A stretch of 64,000 bases of DNA, taken from assembly GCA_965655095.1 (NCBI GenBank), contig OZ296652.1, positions 85,498,001 through 85,562,000 of the forward strand, in the 5' to 3' direction. This DNA is from Haplodiscus bocki (lineage: Eukaryota). The notes under the pieces were generated by a model. The model ran no database searches. It was not told the origin of the DNA and saw nothing but the letters and a program-made list of their open reading frames with translations. Each line of letters starts with the position of its first letter. Position 1 is the stretch's first letter. Of the stretch, positions 60,300-64,000 are shown piece after piece. Made by a program: the position numbers and the translations under genes.

Positions 60300-63200
60300 C
60301 TGCATTACCAGGATTCGCGGGTATAAACTTCTTGAAAACGAAATTTTTGTGAGTGCAACTTGATGTTTTTTCAGATTTTGAAAGAGTTGACGTCGATGAG
60401 ATTTTCATATGTGTTGCTTATCCTTTACCTGAGGATAACAATCTTTTTTTTTTGGTTTCTTCTGACTTTATTCAATTGGTGCCAAAATTCTTCCGTCTGT
60501 TAATGAAATTTAGAGCTTGAGGAATGTTTATACTAGGGTGCTTTTGTTCTACTACCACACATAATAGCATTAAAGATCTCGTAGTTGTAGAAACAACGAG
60601 ACGAAAATTTAATTGCATTCAAGATGATTCAGTAGGAAATTTTAAATATCATATTTGTAAACATATCCAATAAAGACGAGGAAGGAGCTTAATTGCTTTT
60701 CCATTCCTCGCCCCGGAAAACCACTTTTGGCACAAAAAAATGTCTAAATATATAAATATTGCACCGACCGGTACAATAAAACAATTCAAAATGATAAAAG
60801 TCAGTCTGTTGTTTGTTGAATCCATAAAATCAGAAAAAAAAAGTGAGAAGAGTTCCCTATTATCAACAACATAAAGTTGCCCTATTTTCGCGGCCAGTTT
60901 TCCAACTTGAGCTCGGTTCGATTGGCTAAGGTATTTTGGTAATATATAGAAAAATTTCAACCAGCTGTACGTTTTCCGCAGAGTGTTTTCTATTGACATT
61001 TCTTTACAACCGTTTGATGGTATATAGATGGTAGAAGTCCTTTTAAAATCCATCAAGTAAGATACTGACTAGGGTTATATTCTAAAACACAAAAATACTC
61101 TGTTGGTGCCGTAACTGTTTGAATAGCTCATTTATGATTTCGATTATGTATAGCGCAACGACTGTGAAATCAATCCTTGCTTTTCAAATGTCGGCCAGAG
61201 AATCTATTTCCTTCAGAAAAAAAGGTTTTAAAATACTTCTGTTAGAAGTTTCGTTTTTTCAAATTAGTTTTCGCATCTACTCTATGTACACTCATACCAT
61301 AACAAGTCACAGATATACCTAAGGAAATGTAAAACAGTAGCAGGCACTTTCTTGGGTACAATTGTCGAACCCTATCAATCAATCCGCAAAACTTGTCAAT
61401 TTTTTCAACAACATAATCAATGTGTTTCTTTATTCTGGGCCCACTATTTGGATGTATTCCAAATTATCTGCATGACTTTTGATAGGTTGTTGCTTTGTCC
61501 ATCAAAAAGCTATCGTGCTTTTGCTTTGATCTAAAAAACATTGCTTCACACGCTTCTACATTGACTGTTACTTTGTTATCAACGGACCATTTTGAGACAT
61601 GGCGTAAATCACTATCGAATACTGGATTGGCGCTATGCTTACACTTGACGATAGCAACATCACATGCAAACATATCTGTTTAACCATCTTCAATACATTT
61701 ATCCCACTCATTTACAAAAAACAAAATTATGAATGGTGCTAAAACCGATCCCTGAGGTGCACCTGTCGTAATTTTTTGTGCTGTTGATTTCGTTCCATTC
61801 CACCTACTGTACTGCCACCGATCACCTAAATTACTCGAAAGCAGTTCATTTGTAAGTCCCTTAAAACCATACTAATCCAATTTGCTGAAGATTTTTCATG
61901 ATCTAATGCACCGGAAGTTTCATTGACATCTATGAATGAAGCTTGTCCAGTGAAATTAGGTTCAATTTATGGCCTCATGTCCTCAGTTACCTGATTTAAA
62001 GCATCAATACCAGACAGTTTTCATCCTGAGTTTTGCTAAGCAGAAGATAATTGATTATTTTTATTGCGAATTTTCATCATTTTTGTTTTGAAATTTTTCC
62101 ATATTTTTTTCCTAAAGCGTTCAACAAACTGATCAATCTTTAATTTGAGGGATTTGGTTTATCGCATTTGTTGTGTTCTTGTGTAAAGAAAAAACATTTG
62201 ATGTCTCCTATTTCTTTGGGTAAGTTCTGTCCAGTGTGCACTGATTGACGCAGATGCCATAAACGATTGGATTATTGGAGAGCAGCAATCTAAAATTTCG
62301 TTACTGATTTCGTCTGGACCACTGCTCTTCTTGCTTTTCAATTCCTTCAGTAATTTAGCGACTTCTTGCGGATCAATTCGTTGAATAACAGATGTGTTTT
62401 CAATTCGGTCAAGTAATTTTCGGTGGCTGCAGACTTGCGATTAGCCTTGGATATAGCGTTGGTCCCACGGATGCAAAAGAAAATGATTGAGAGATTGTAA
62501 CTTGGGTAGATTAGTGCATGGTTGTTGCTGTTTCTTATATATTTCATCGGTTTTGTGAATGTTTTTAGCAGTGAAAGTTTTTCCAATTTTTCTAAAGTTG
62601 TCCTCCTTCTTGCTTTCTCTAATCCACTTTTCAACTTTCTTTGTGAAACCGTTTGTTCCGATTATGATTGTCTAAACTAGTATTAGCTATCCCTTTCTGG
62701 AAAAAATTGTTTCTTCTTTGTAGGGTTTTCTTCATTTTTTTTTCGTTATCCATTAAAACTGTATAACAGTTTCTGTATATGGTCTTTCTGGTGCAGACTG
62801 ATTGACGGTTTCAAAGATTGTTCTTGTAACGCTATCAACCCTTTCGTCTGTAGAGACGTTTTAATTCGACGGATTAAGTCGGTGGCCTAGAAGGAGGATT
62901 TCAAAGTGTTTCAATTTTTTTTTGGCTCCAATTTTGTCTTCCTGGACAGGGGAATAGTTTAAGTAGTTTGGCTCTCGGAGACTAACACAAGAAACCCAGT
63001 TGCTGTTGTGTAGTGATCACTTGTTCGATCAATGCAGCTTTCAGATTTATCTGTTACACTAGTTCGTTCAAAAATGTGAACCTCAAGATCATATGCCAGT
63101 GAGTACATTCTCATAGTTTGTTTTATCTTGTTGGTTTTCCAGAGTATCAAGGTTGAAATCACCAAAAACTAAAACATCATGTTTAGAAGACTTTGAAAAG

Positions 63201-63900
63201 TGGATCAATTCAACAAATTTGTTAAGAAATTGAGTCGCTCGAAATGTTCTAGTCAGTAAATGACACAAAAAACTCGTGTATCTCTTTCATCCAACTTCAC
63301 TTCATTCAAATAGCGTTCTATATCGGATTCAAATGCGATCGCGTGTTACTCTTATCCTATTTTGTCGAAAAAATCAATGCCTCCAGAAAGTCTTTTTTTT
63401 TGCATTTTTTTGATGCCGTGACTCAATAGTTTGATTAACTTGCAGTTCATATTCAGCCAGATTGTCATCTTTTCAGAGCCCTGTCCTAAACAGTGCCAAT
63501 ATCTCCGATCGCTCTTGGAGAGTCTCAAGAAAAACAAAAACATCATCTTTGTGACTTTTCAGACTTTGTATGTTAACTCCTAGAACGATTTTTCTTTTTT
63601 TCTTACATTTTTTGTGCCAATATATGGTTTTCAGTTGAAAACATAAACACGGTGTACATTTACTGCTGTATTTTGTTGGTAATTTCGTTGGTTTTATTCA
63701 AACCCGTCATTACTGCCTGTTCTTCCATTTTCACCTGTTGACGTAGTTATAACTTTGATTGTTTTCTGCCAGGGTTTTTTCCATTGTACACTGAAATTGC
63801 ATCGTCATGGACATTTACCTTCCTTTCCTTCTTAATGGCAGCATCGGCTATGTTTTCGGCAGCGCCTACTCATTTCACTTCCTGACTAAAGTGTCCACCT
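60300..63900 (-). mobile_element. Decayed L2/Crack-like LINE (APE plus RT); ends approximate
   Basis: SCIDRTSDHY (EN, 62959-63165), KSKKSSGPDEISNEIL (62159-62341), TGAPQGSVLAP (~61735-61766), MFACD as decayed FADD (61673). Confidence 0.8.
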
Positions 63901-64000
63901 TCCGGTTTTTTCGAAAAAAAACTTTAACAACACAACATTCTGAAGCCGACACCTGTCCTAATTGGTTGCATTTTCTCTTTCTTTAATGACTGTTTTGGGC

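Overview
AT-rich, repeat-dominated animal (invertebrate-like) genomic DNA; no bacterial features, CRISPR or rRNA. There are two host genes, both on the minus strand. One is the first coding exon of a DZANK1 orthologue (10007-9602). The other is a complete two-exon SSR1/TRAP-alpha CDS (39045-38773 joined to 33437-32847, 287 aa). Most of the remaining interpretable sequence is transposon-derived: a decayed Gypsy, a Penelope-like element with an apparent PHD finger inside its RT, a full-length decayed Bel/Pao with ~1.4-kb LTRs, several LINEs, and two copies of a Helentron-associated (HINE/DINE-1-like) element. The most striking object is a young 1745-bp LTR element (39170-40914, 5-bp TSD, LTRs differing at 3 of 189 nt) about 125 bp upstream of the SSR1 ATG. 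It encodes only an integrase. Its PBS is a perfect 22-nt complement of its own predicted transcript 5' end, which points to tRNA-independent self-priming. Its gag-to-RNase H deletion junction looks like a splice junction, and its 3' LTR carries TATA, Inr and a GTGAGT donor pointing at an acceptor just before the SSR1 start. All family assignments come from motif recognition by eye; no database searches were run.
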